Source: an uncultured delta proteobacterium
Lineage (GTDB): Bacteria; Desulfobacterota; Binatia; UBA9968
Direction of reading: 5' to 3'
DNA: 64,000 bases
Assembly: GCA_963760795.1 (NCBI GenBank)
Contig: CAVXEP010000009.1
Span: 1-64,000 of the forward strand
Of the stretch, positions 1 to 11,500 are shown one piece after another. A model generated the notes under the pieces. It ran no database searches, was not told the origin of the DNA, and saw only the letters and a program-made list of their open reading frames with translations. A program made the position numbers and the translations under genes. Each line of letters starts with the position of its first letter. The first letter of the stretch is position 1.

Positions 1-645
1 CCGCCTTTGCTCCGTCAATACTCGGGTCATCGCTGGTGACGCGAAACCAGCAACGACGGGGATAGGATTTTCAAACACCGATTTTTGCGTAAGCTCCAAT
101 GTATCGCCGCCGTGTCGCGGGGTTAATCTGGTATAGGGAAATTTAAACCACCTTTTTTTCTGATCCGAGCAATAGCGCCGGACCGTGGCCTTGTCAAACT
201 CATTTCTGTTTGATGAAAATCCCGTGCTGCTTCGGCAGACTCTCAACCGAAGAGATCGACTCCTTGATGGAGTTGCGATAATCAGGTTGATCGCGGCTAG
301 CCAGCAATTCTAGTGCCCGGCGCAGGTGGATTTGAACTGGCCCACGAGACCTTGCCAGGGCGTCCTCGATTTCTTCAACCTCCTGCTGTTCCGTGATCCG
401 GCGATGACGCCATCGACGAAACGATAGGCGGAGACCTCGCGCTCAAGGGCAAAATTGCAGGAATCCACAAACCTGTCGGTGAACTGATTCCGTTCGTAGT
501 TGTTCGACGACGAACTCAATGAAGTCATAAACCTCATACCACTCGGCTTCGAAGAAGTGGCGACGAAGTTGGGCACGGACGTTGTTCCAGTCGTCGTCCA
601 ATAGGTCGAGAGGCTTCTTGAAGTACGAGTACCACAGGCGCCGGC
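1..645 (-). pseudogene. AbiJ-NTD4-like abortive-infection protein, 5'-truncated and frameshifted
   Basis: Joining minus-strand frames gives [79 protein letters not shown], typical of this family. No intact start; the 3' end is degenerate. Confidence 0.7.
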
Positions 646-936
646 AGTGCGACCCTCGTTCACGATCTTAGAAGAACCGCAGTTCGAAACATGATTCGCG
701 CCGGTGTACAGGAGCGTATTGCAATGGCTCTAAGCGGACATAAGACGCGAAGTGTCTTCGATCGCTATGATATTGTTAGCGAGTCGGATCTCCAGGAAGC
801 CAGCAGGAAGGTCCAACGTCATATAGCGGAGCAGCCGAAAAGTGGCGTAGTCGTCTCCCTCCAATCAGCACAAAAGGTCCGGCGGTTTGAGGCTAGACAC
901 GGACAGAACACGGACAATTTCCCGTCAGCCCCGTAA
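622..936 (+). pseudogene. Tyrosine recombinase/integrase C-terminal remnant
   Basis: [28 protein letters not shown] gives the catalytic HxxR, H and Y. An in-frame stop lies upstream at 619-621 and the N-terminal part is absent. Confidence 0.85.
897..916. repeat. 9-bp direct repeat ACACGGACA x2 (candidate integrase arm-type sites)
   Basis: acacggaca-ga-acacggaca in the last codons of the integrase remnant, just before the tRNA fragment. Confidence 0.45.
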
Positions 937-964
937 TAAGTGATTCGTAAGTGTTTGAAAAAAC

Positions 965-991
965 TGGAGCCACCCGCCAGAATCGAACTGG
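965..991 (-). other. tRNA 3'-end fragment (T-arm + acceptor + CCA, Thr-like), probable att-site remnant
   Basis: Reverse complement CCAGTTCGATTCTGGCGGGTGGCTCCA. No D or anticodon arm follows. Confidence 0.7.
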
Positions 992-997
992 GGGCGG

Positions 998-2030
998 GAA
1001 TAGTGTCAGGCTTGAATATCTTAATCTAGTTGCCGCAAAGTATGGTCGAGCAGACGACGAAATCCCGACTCCTGTCCGAGCCGCGCCTCAGCTCGCCTAA
1101 CCGCATGGCTTGCCGTCGACAACTCCCGAACCTGCAGAAATCGCCTCAGCTCCTCCAACCCCGCCTCTCCATGCCGTCGCCCCAGGTAGCACACCAACTC
1201 CCGACACCGCTTGATGTCCTCACTCCGCTGTCGCCCGCGCATCTCCGCCTCGTTCTTGCCCGTCACTTTGCTCACCGCTTGCACAATCCGCTTTAGTGTT
1301 GGCCGTACTTCCCGTCCGGACGTCCGCTCCATTTTCCTTCGTACCACTCCCTCGAATTCTTCATCGCCAATAAAAATCTGCTTTCTCACCTCCGGCGCCA
1401 GGTTCCGCACCCTTTCTCCCCGCTTCCCCTCGACAAACTCCCGATACTGCTCAACCCGACGGCTCTTGCTTCCGGTGAAATAGTCCAATACCGATTCCGC
1501 CTTTGATCCCGCAATCCCTTTACCCTTCAGATAAGACCCGTAGCTGCTCCATCGGTAGTCTTGCGGCCGCTCGGCCAATTTCGCTTCCACAGCATTGAGG
1601 TGAATGTATCGGCTGACCTGAAGCAGGTAGTTATCCTTGTCCACTAACATGGCTTTGTAACGCTGCTCAAAAACATGGCCCGTCCGACCGTGGCGCCGGT
1701 TAAAATAAAGCGTGTAGCTTGTCTGTAACGCTTGCATCATCTTGGACAGATTGCCCTCGGGAGTCTCCAACAGTACATGCACGTGGTTCGACATCAGGCA
1801 GTACGCCACAAGATCCACTTTCTTCTCCTGGCAGTACAGGGACAGCTTCTCCACATATCGCTTGCGGTCTAGGTCGTCACGGAAAATCGCCTGGCGGTTA
1901 TTTCCCCGGCAAATCACGTGATAAACCGCTCCGGGGTATTCTATGCGTAGCGGGCGGGCCATTCCCATCCTATACCGCGTGGGAATGCAGTTTGCAAATA
2001 AATAACTATATGCAAGCCTGACCCTAATTC
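998..2030 (-). mobile_element. RAYT-type HUH transposase element with imperfect ~22-bp terminal inverted repeats
   Basis: 998-1019 gaatagtgtcaggcttgaatat versus reverse complement of 2008-2030 gaattagggtcaggcttgcatat. Confidence 0.75.
1021..1962 (-). CDS. REP-associated tyrosine (Y1/HUH) transposase with C-terminal HTH-like domain
   Basis: MARPLRIEYPGAVYHVICRGNNR, HVH motif, RYIHLN, YRWSSY. Start placed at the MARP ATG. Confidence 0.9.
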   Translation of the reverse strand: MARPLRIEYPGAVYHVICRGNNRQAIFRDDLDRKRYVEKLSLYCQEKKVDLVAYCLMSNHVHVLLETPEGNLSKMMQALQTSYTLYFNRRHGRTGHVFEQRYKAMLVDKDNYLLQVSRYIHLNAVEAKLAERPQDYRWSSYGSYLKGKGIAGSKAESVLDYFTGSKSRRVEQYREFVEGKRGERVRNLAPEVRKQIFIGDEEFEGVVRRKMERTSGREVRPTLKRIVQAVSKVTGKNEAEMRGRQRSEDIKRCRELVCYLGRRHGEAGLEELRRFLQVRELSTASHAVRRAEARLGQESGFRRLLDHTLRQLD

Positions 2031-2281
2031 TATAACTTAACATTGCCAATCCACCATCATCATGGAACCTAATTACGGACGCCTATGCCGTTCAAGCCAA
2101 GTAGTTGCGAATTGCCGGCGCTTAGGGCTGATCTCCCATGTCGTCTGGTTGAAAACTTTCGCGTGTCGCTATCGGAATATAATGTTCTCGCCTCTCTTAA
2201 AACGGGTCGTTAACCGCTCACGCAAATCAATTATAGTAGCCTCGCAAGCTGTTCGTTTTCGTGTGGTACACCTGATAGGGC

Positions 2282-2539
2282 TCAAGTGAACTGTTCGTAC
2301 TGCGCGTCGTCCTCCTTCCAAACTCCATTGAATCGTAAGTGACCGATCTCCATTAAGGTATGCAATTTTTCCGAAGCCTGGTTCCAGAGCACTGTGCCGT
2401 CGTAAAGAGAAAAAAGGGGGAATGGCTCATCGAAAATTTCGGAAGATACTTTCCAAAGTTTCTGCCAAATTAAGGCAAAAAACGATCGGCGGTATTCTGT
2501 GACCAATTCACTGATGTGACTTGAATGACTCTTCTTCAT
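2282..2539 (-). CDS. Small low-GC hypothetical protein, candidate immunity protein of the Rhs tip
   Basis: 85 aa, AT-rich, co-oriented immediately downstream of the Rhs C-terminus. Confidence 0.4.
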   Translation of the reverse strand: MKKSHSSHISELVTEYRRSFFALIWQKLWKVSSEIFDEPFPLFSLYDGTVLWNQASEKLHTLMEIGHLRFNGVWKEDDAQYEQFT

Positions 2540-2599
2540 AAATATATTATTTTGCTACCTGGACAGCAATTACTCTACGCCAATTCCTATCACCGTCAT

Positions 2600-5500
2600 C
2601 AGTGCGTACCTATAATAAACGGGAATATTACTCCACGGACCAAGCCTGATTTAAAATTAATTGGTATGTTTAACCAATTCCAGCCTGAGTTTCGGACTTT
2701 AATATCTTTCCGATTCTATAACCGCTCGTCTCCCAGACAAATTTGCAGCATCGCTGCCCGAAGCGGCATACCAAATACCGCGGGGAAGCGCAGTTTAAAA
2801 ATACTTTAGCGTCTGCAGTTCAACAGGCTACCGATTGAAGTATTACCTATCGTAGTGCCTTCTTTTGCTGCACGAACCGCCGCGCTGAGCGGCGAGTAAA
2901 TAGACCAGGGTTCGGAACTAGCACGCCATTTAAGCCGCTGCCCACATAATGGACGGTACCGATAGCGACCACCACTGTATTTCCCAGCTGCGTATGCAGT
3001 GCTGCATTGATCGACTATGTCGTTCAGGCCAATCGTTGCCACCAATTCTTGTCGCAGCAATTGCGAAATGGGAATCGCACTTTGCCCTAGAAGTCTTTCC
3101 GACAAATTGAATGAGTTCATAAAGCCGCCTGAGAGGTAGTCGCCCGCTCCAGCGGAAAAATTGGAAACATCCGTTAACCAGTCAAGTCCGTAAGGATCTA
3201 CGCGCCCAATCGGGTTGCCACCCACATAACCATAAAAATTAACACCAGCACCAAAACCTTTGGGATCTTCGCTAATAAATCGCCCGCTCGTCGAATCATA
3301 ATATCGAATACGGTAATAATGTAAGCCACTTTCCGAATCAAACTCCCTCGACGTGAACGTATACGGCTGGAAAAAGTTGGCATCGAGCTGCGATTCGATC
3401 TTGCCGAAGGACGAATAGGTGTAGCGTTGAGCAACGGCACCAGTCTGGGTCGTCAATTCGGTGATGCTGCCGAGACCGTCTTTATGGTAGTAGAACGACT
3501 GAGTGTTCTTCTCCATCATCAGAGGCTCATCGATGCCGGGACCGTGGGTGTAGCGGGCTACGATTTGATTGGCGCCGTTGAGTTCGAGCAAGATGTCTTC
3601 GTTGTCGTAGACGTACTTGGTCACCGTCGTGGTGCCGGCGATCACTTCCTTCTCGACTCTTCTGCCTAGACCATCATATCGATAGTTCGCCGTGTTGCTT
3701 GGTGACACAACGCGAACCAGTTTGTTGTCCGCATCGTACTCGTATTGCGTGATAGCGCCGCCCAACTTCGCAGTCTTGCGGGTCAAGGTTCCCGTTGTTG
3801 TCGTACTGGTATGTGAAGTTTGCGTCTTCCAACAACTGGTTCGCCTGGTTGAAAATCGACGCGCCGTTCTGGTTGGAGCCGGTTCGGTTGCCGACCGGAT
3901 CGTAATTAAAAGTTTCGAGCGGATTCGTTGGCAGTGGATTCACCGCATGCGTCAACCGGTTCAACACATCGTAGGTGTAGTTCGCTATGCCAGCCATTGT
4001 CGCCCTTCGACTGCCGATTCCCTACCTTGTCATACGTGTAAGCGAACGCGTTGATCGTCACGCCGCTTCGCTGGTGTGTGAGGTTTAATAACTGCGACGC
4101 CGCATCGTAGGTGTAGTTCGTCACAACACCGTTGGCGTGCGTCATGGACGTTCTTCGACCTAACGCGTCGTACGTGAACGAAATGACTTGCCCTTTGTTG
4201 TTCGTGATCGAGGTCAGCCGGTTGAGCGCGTCGTACGCGTACGTCGTTAGGCCAGTCGGATCGATCATTGACGTCCGGTTGCCGTTGAGATCGTAGGTGT
4301 AGACGGGGTCGAGATCATCCAACTTTGGATTTTGGGTTTCCGATTTTGGATTTGACACCGAGATTTCGGAAATACCACTCCCCGCTGCATTAACGCTGGT
4401 TGTTGCGAAGGGTTGGAGTTTTCCTGCCGCAATCATGGCGAGATAAAGGTTCGCGTATTGACGATCCGCCGCCGGTTCCGTAACCTCGAAGACGTCAGAC
4501 GCAAACACTTTTCGTTGCTGCAAATCTGTGTCGGCAGTAGGTGTTTGCACCGCAGTGCTGCCGATAACGGTGTTCCCACTGCTCAGGGAAGCGTTAGCTT
4601 GCTCCATACCCGACACGACGGGACTGACTGGCCGCCGTATTCCTCGCAAACTTCCTTGCGCGGTCATCACCGGCATTGCGTCACCAAACGTCGGACTTAG
4701 CTTGGCGATCTGCTGTTGCAAATGGATCGTACCGCTCTGGCCGTTCGGTGCGCCGCTACCAATTCCGCCGTTTACTGTAATATTAGATAAATTGAAACCA
4801 GTGGCGCTCCCGTAGTAGACCGCAACTCTACCGCCCCCGCCACCACCACCGCCGGAAGGTGTACCGGGACTTCCGTTGGCGCCAATAAGTCCGGTACCAG
4901 AAAGTGTACCGACATCAATACGGATTCCACCTCCGCTACCGCCGGCGCTGAATCCTTCGGCTAAACCTCCACCCGCGCGCACAGCTCCGTTGAGCACAAA
5001 TGTTTGTGCCGCTATGCGCGCAAGACCCCCACCATTTCCGGCAGGACTGCCATTAAATCCACCTCCACCGCTGCCGACGTCATTTGGATTCGTAGCAACA
5101 CCATACAATGGGTTTGTCGAACCGCTGAATGCACCGCCTAATCCGCCATAGCTTCCAGCGGTACCCGAACTATTTACCGCCTTGAATCCTAAAGTCATAC
5201 CATTCGTAGAACTCGGGTTCCCCAGTCGTCCACCACCCAAAAACCCGATGCCAATGACATCGATCCGACTCGTGCCGTCGATTGTTAAATTTTCAGTCGC
5301 CAAATCAAGTTTGAACGCCGCGGTCCCGGTCGTCGCCGTGTGGGTGAGTATCGAGTTGTTGGTCAAGCTAGTGCTATTCGAGATAACCCGAACACCAGAT
5401 GCATATTCGCTGTTGTTCGAGACTTCTAATGTTCCCGTAAGATTCAGAGTTCCATCGAATTTCGCCCGAGCATTGCGCCGAATTCGGAGGTGGCTGAACG

Positions 5501-8500
5501 AAAGTGTCGTCGATGACGCACCTTGAATTGGAGTCCTCGAAGCGGCCAGCAACGTCAAATTATTATTATCAATAACTAACTCGCCACTTTCTCTAGCCTG
5601 GCCCCTCCAGGTAAACAGTACCCGCGCCTCCATTTGGAGAGCCGGCACCCAGAGCTCCGAATGAGTTAACATTATTAAAGGAAAAACTAGTTCCGTTTTG
5701 ATAATAGATCGCTATCCGCCCACCACCGCCGCCGCCGCCACCCGCCGGCACGAATCCCGCACTTCCGTTGGCTGAAATTGTCCCGCTCCCTTGCAGTGTT
5801 CCAACATCGATCCGGATTCCGCCGCCACTACCTCCAGCGCCAGAACCATCTGCGGGTCCTCCGTTCGCCCTAATAGACCCATTCACCGACATTGATTGTG
5901 CAACGATCCGCGCCAAGCCGCCCCCATTACCGGCGGGGGCGCCTTGGAATCCACCCCCACCGCTACCTACTTCATTAGGATTCCTAAAGTCGCCGTACAC
6001 GGGATTAGTTGCACCAGAAAAGTTGCCGCCCAGGCCGCCATAGCTTCCCGCCGTTCCTGATTGGTTCGTCGATTGGAACCCTACCGTCATTCCATTCGTC
6101 GTGCTTGGGTTTCCAGGTCGCCCACCAGCCAAGAAGCCTCGACCACTGACATCAATCCGGCTCGTGGCGTCGATAGTAATGTTCTGGGCATTTATGTCGA
6201 GTTTGAAGGTTTGGGCCGACGTTGTTGATAGCGTGTCCCAGCTTGCCCCCGGTGATCAGCTCAATCGTATTGGCTGTAATACCATTACCGATCACGAATT
6301 CGCCGTTAGAAGCAATTTCCAAGGCACCTGAAATATTTAACGAACTGTCCAACTTCGCGAGAGCTGTTCGACGAACCCGCAAATGCGTTAATGACAAAGT
6401 AGTACTAGCAGCACCTAGTATCGGTGTCGTCGAGGTAACTGGAACCGTCAGGTTGTTATTGTCGACAATTAGCTCGCCGCTCTCTCTAGTTGGACCCTGC
6501 AAATATACGGTTCCCGCGCCACCATTGATCGAACTGCCACTGAAAGCCGCGCCAAAAGCGCTCACAGTCGTAAAATTGAAGGTCGTCGCACTCTGATAGT
6601 AAATAGCCACTCTGCCACCACCGCCACCTCCGCCACCCGCAGGCACAAATGCTGGACTTCCGTTTGCGGCAATTGAACCCATTCCCGAGATCGATCCAAC
6701 GTCGATCCTAATACCTCCGCCACTCCCGCCAGCGCCGGACCCATCCGCAGAACCTCCGTTAGCTCGAATGGATCCATTGAGCACAATTGATTGCGCAACG
6801 ATCCGCGCTAAGCCACCGCCATTACCCGCAGGGGCGCCTTGGAATCCGCCACCACCGCTGCCAACTTCACTGGGATTCCTAAAGTCGCCGTATACGGGAT
6901 TCGTTGAACCGGAAAAGTTACCGCCCAGGCCGCCATAGCCTCCCGCAGTTCCCGATTGGTTTGTCGCCTGGAATCCTACCGTCATTCCATTCGTTGTGCT
7001 GGGATTTCCCGGTCGCCCACCAGCCAAGAAGCCTCGACCACTCACATCAATCCGGCTCGCGGAGTCGATTTGGATCGTGCCTGTTACAACAAGATCGAGC
7101 TTGCCGAGCGTGGCCTCCGTCGTTGGAGTATGTGTCAAGACGGCGCCGTTCAGCAGGACTACGTTCGCAAAGGTGTGTTGCCCGTTGACGGTCAATGTTC
7201 GGCCGTTAACTTGTAACGTCTGACCTTCAAACTGAAAATTGGTTGCGCTGATGGTTGTATCAACGTTTATAGGAACGACTGCCGTGGAGAGCGCCGATTC
7301 CGGGGTCGAGCTACTGGAAGCCAACCGATTAGCGGCATCGTAGGTATTGAAGACACCCGTCGTCGGATTGATCACCGACGAAAGATTGCCAACAGTGTCA
7401 TAGGCAAAATTCGTGACGTAAGGGTTGGTTTCCGTCGACGTCGGTGGACGGGTTTTGCTGATAAGACGGTTCAACGCGTCGTAGTTGAATACGATTATCT
7501 GGCTGTTGCGGTTTGTCGTGGAAGTCAGATTGCCATTACCGTCGTAGGTAAACGTTTCGGTAAACCCCAGCGGATTGGTTGCGGACGCGAGACGATCTAG
7601 ACCATCGTAAACGAAAGTTGACAGCTGATTCTTGGCGTCGCGGACCTGGGTTAGATTACCCTTCGGATCGTAGCCGTACTGGGTCGTTTTGAGATCAGCG
7701 TCTAAAACCGTAATAAGCCGATTGCGCGCATCATAGGTAAACTGCGTGACACGATTCTCGGCGTCGGTGGAGTTACTGACGTTGCCGGCGCTGTTATAAG
7801 CCAACGTCGTCACGTCGCCTTTCGGATTCGTCGTCGTAACCAGATTACCGTTTCCGTTGTAAGCGAAATTCGTCGTCGTTTGAACGGCAGTTCCGACCGC
7901 GGAAGTAACTAACAATAGCAATCCGCGCGCGTCGTAGCTCATTTGAGTGCGATTGCTGAGCGCGTCGATGATCTCGATGGGGTTGCCCTTCACGTCGTAG
8001 TTGATCGTAGTGGTGTTCCCCTTGGGATCGCGGATCGTTTTGACCTGATTAAAAACCGGCTCGTAGGTAAAAATTGTCGTGGCGCCGACGGGGTCGGTTG
8101 TAGTCAGCAGATTTCCCTTCGCATCGTACGCCATGGTCGTGACTGCGCCGTTGGGTCGGGTGATCCGTGTCGGCAAGCCGTTGGCGTCGCGTACCGTAAC
8201 CGTTGTTTGACCGAGGGTGTCGGTTTGAGATGTCACTTGTCCGAGCGCGTCTAGAACAAATGTGCTCTGGTTTCCTCTTCCGTCGGTAAGCGACGCTGTG
8301 GCGTTTTGGCTTGTCACAATCGGTGCCGGGTTGGTCGGCGTACCCTGGCCTAACGCGGTGTCCACAAGACCGCGAAGCTTGCTGGAAACTAGCGCGCGCG
8401 TCTCGCCGGTCGGGCGGGTCGACTGGGCGAATCGCCCGGCGAAGTCGTACGCATATGTGGTGCTTTGCCCCCGCTCATCGGTTGCCTGTATGACATGACC

Positions 8501-11500
8501 CTTGCCGTCGTAGGCATAGGCGATGAAGCTCGCATCTGGGTTGATAATCCGAAGCAAATTTCCCGCTGAGTCATGCTGGAAGAGCGTTTGCCGTCCAGCG
8601 GGATCGGCGATGCTCTGGAGCCTCGCGCCGCTATAGGTCAGAGACGTCACCAATCCAGCCGGATCGGTGACGGCAAGCAGTCTAGCGCTGCCATCGTAGG
8701 TAAACGTTGCCGTATTCAGGTTTCGATCGACGACCGAGGTCTGAAGGCCCTGGGCGTTGAAATTGACTCTTAGTTCCGTCCTTGTACGTTCGCGTGTACG
8801 TGCCGTCTGCGGAGTTTCTGGCTAATGTCGAGAACTCGCGCGCGGGAGAAGTAAACGTATCGGGGCCTCCGGAGAAAAACAGCGCCGTGCCGTCGCCGCT
8901 GGTCAATAGAACATCGCCGCTGGATTGGACATGGAGTTGCTGAAGATCGCTGATCGCCCAACCAGCGCCAATGGCACTGCTCTTTCGATTAAATACAATC
9001 ACATTGCCGGCAGAAATCCCGCCAACGGATGAATTGAGATAGTTGCTAAAAACCGTGGCTTCAAAAGGATAGCGCCCGGTCGCCAAATTCGACGCATCGA
9101 ACTGGACCGACATGCGCGACGTCGAATCGGAGTCTTCCAGCAACGAACTACTGTTGGTGTGAATCTCGCCACCCTGCTGAACGCCGCCAACTTTGAGCCG
9201 AGTTGAAAATGAATTGGGTACAGCAGCACGGACACTCAACGTGCTGTCTAAGGAAATAATCGGCCTGGGGTCGGCAGTTATAGAACTGTAAGTGAGTGAC
9301 AGGTTCCGGCTTTGTCCGAGAGAGCGATAGGAAGACAAGCCATGTGAGAGGTATAAGCTACCTTCTTCCAAGTTGGCCTCTGATCCAACGGCAGTGCGGC
9401 AAGATCCGCAGAAATTGTTTCCCTGACTCGGGTTCGAAGTCGTACTCGTCGCGAGCGGGAAATGCCAAGCACTGGCGGACACGCCGCCTTCAACCGTGAC
9501 AACGCTCACGCCATCGGCGGACACCGCACTCTTGCCAACGATATTGAACTTTCCAGTGTCAGGGCTCAGCGACCAGAGATTGAACTCATTACCTGGCGGG
9601 ACGCCATCGGCGTTCGGGAATGTGATCCGCGCGGGCGGGTTAAAGCGAATGCCTGCCGGCTGGATGGTCACCGCCATGCCAGGACGCAATTCTTCAGGAC
9701 GCGACTCCGGCCGGCCATAATCAGGGACCGGATTGATCGACAGTTTGCCGGTGAAGGGAGTACCGTCTGCGTTGAATGCCGAGCCGCCGGCGATTTCAAG
9801 CATAGCGCCCGGCAGGTTGGGGTTGGTAACCACGGTCTCAAATACCGCACTGACCTGGACCTCGGCTTCCACGTCGACGTCAGGGAGTGAAATCGCTGAA
9901 TTCAAATCGTTGAGCACACCGTTAATTAGCTCCACCGCCACGGCAATGATCGCAAACACGCCGAGGTTGGCGTTACGGCCGTTAACGATGAGTTGCTGGG
10001 TTGCGGAAGGAACGCCAGTGATAGTGAAAATACCGTTAGCGTCAGTCACTCCCGTGTGGCCGCTGGATCGCAGCGTCACTTGCACGTTGCTGAGCGGGAC
10101 ATTTTGCAGATTGACAACCTTGCCGCGAACTGCGGTGGTGCCGCCTGGCGGCGGATTGGGCACGGTGATGGTGATGGTTTCTGAGGCGGAATTTGATCCG
10201 GCGGTAGCGGAGAAAGTGAGTTGATAACTTCCCACCTGGGTCGTGCTCGGCCGGAAAGTGAACACACCCGTAGCGGCATTGAACGTCGCATGGGTCATCA
10301 GCGGCAGCGGTGCGACGAACAGGCTTCCCGAACCGGTCGCGCTGATGGCGCTCACGGTAAAAGTCAGCGTCTCACCGAGATTGACCGTCTTGTTGCCGAT
10401 CGGGTTAAGCGCCAATGCCGGACCGATGGTCGCCGTAGTTTGCGAAACCGCGCTCGTGCCGAAGGTGTCGATCACCGTCAAAGTGACGGTGTATATACCG
10501 GTCGCAGCGTAAGTGTAGGTCGGATTCGCTCCCGTGCCTATGCCGCCGCCTGTGGTGAGCGGCGTCGAACCATCGCCGAAGGTCCAGGAAAATGTGAGCG
10601 GATTGCCATCCGGGTCGTTGCCGGTGCCGTTGAATTGAATTGGTGTACCGACATTGCCGCTGTACGGACCGCCGGCATTGGCCGTGGGCGGTAGATTGAC
10701 GAGAATAACATTGATCGAAACCGTGGCAGGCGCGCTGGTGCCTAGGCCGTCGCTTGCGATGAACGTGAAACTATCGGCGCCGAAATAATGGCTCGTCGGT
10801 GTGTAGCTCACCGTCGCCGTACAGGTCGCACCCTGGCCCTGAACCGGGCAGTTGGGCGCGCCGATATTGCCGAGGGTTCCGTTGCTCGGGGGAATGGCGA
10901 TGTTGAACGTTAGTACTTTGCTATCGATGTCGCTGGCATTGAAGATGACGATCACCGGCGTGTTTTGATTGGTGTTGATCGACTGCGACTGCGCCACCGG
11001 AGGATCGTTGACATTGACAACCGTGACCTGCGCCATCGCCATGTTGCTGTATAGGGTTCCGTCGAAAACTCTATAGGTAAACGTATCGACGCCGTTAAAG
11101 TTGGCCTCGGCAGTGTAATTGAACGAGCCGTTGGCGTTGAGACTAAAACTAGTCGCGTGAGTCGGCCCGGTGACCAGCTCAACGGTCAGAGTCTGGCCGA
11201 CATCGAGGTCGCTGTCGTTTGCCAGCACGCCGGGCGCGGCGATTCCCAAGACGCTGTCTTCCGCCACACTGTAATTATCGTTGTCGGCCACCGGGGCGTC
11301 GTTTACCGGGTTCACCGCGATGGTCACCATCGCCAAATTGCTGTCGCTCACGCCGTCGTTCGCCTTGTAAGTAAAACTATCCGCGCCATTGAAGTTCGTT
11401 GCCGGCGCGTAGCTAAACGAACCATCAGGATTGAGGGTAAAAGATGCCGCGTGGCTCGGTCCGGTGACCAGAATCGCGGTGAGATCGGCCTGCGGAGTAT

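Noticed and set aside
965-1040. Complete tRNA gene
   Set aside because: Only the T-arm and acceptor 3' strand are present. The rest is not found on either side of the transposase element.
4300-7320. Intein as explanation for the Rhs insert
   Set aside because: No C/S-start Hint motif, no terminal HN and no endonuclease motifs.
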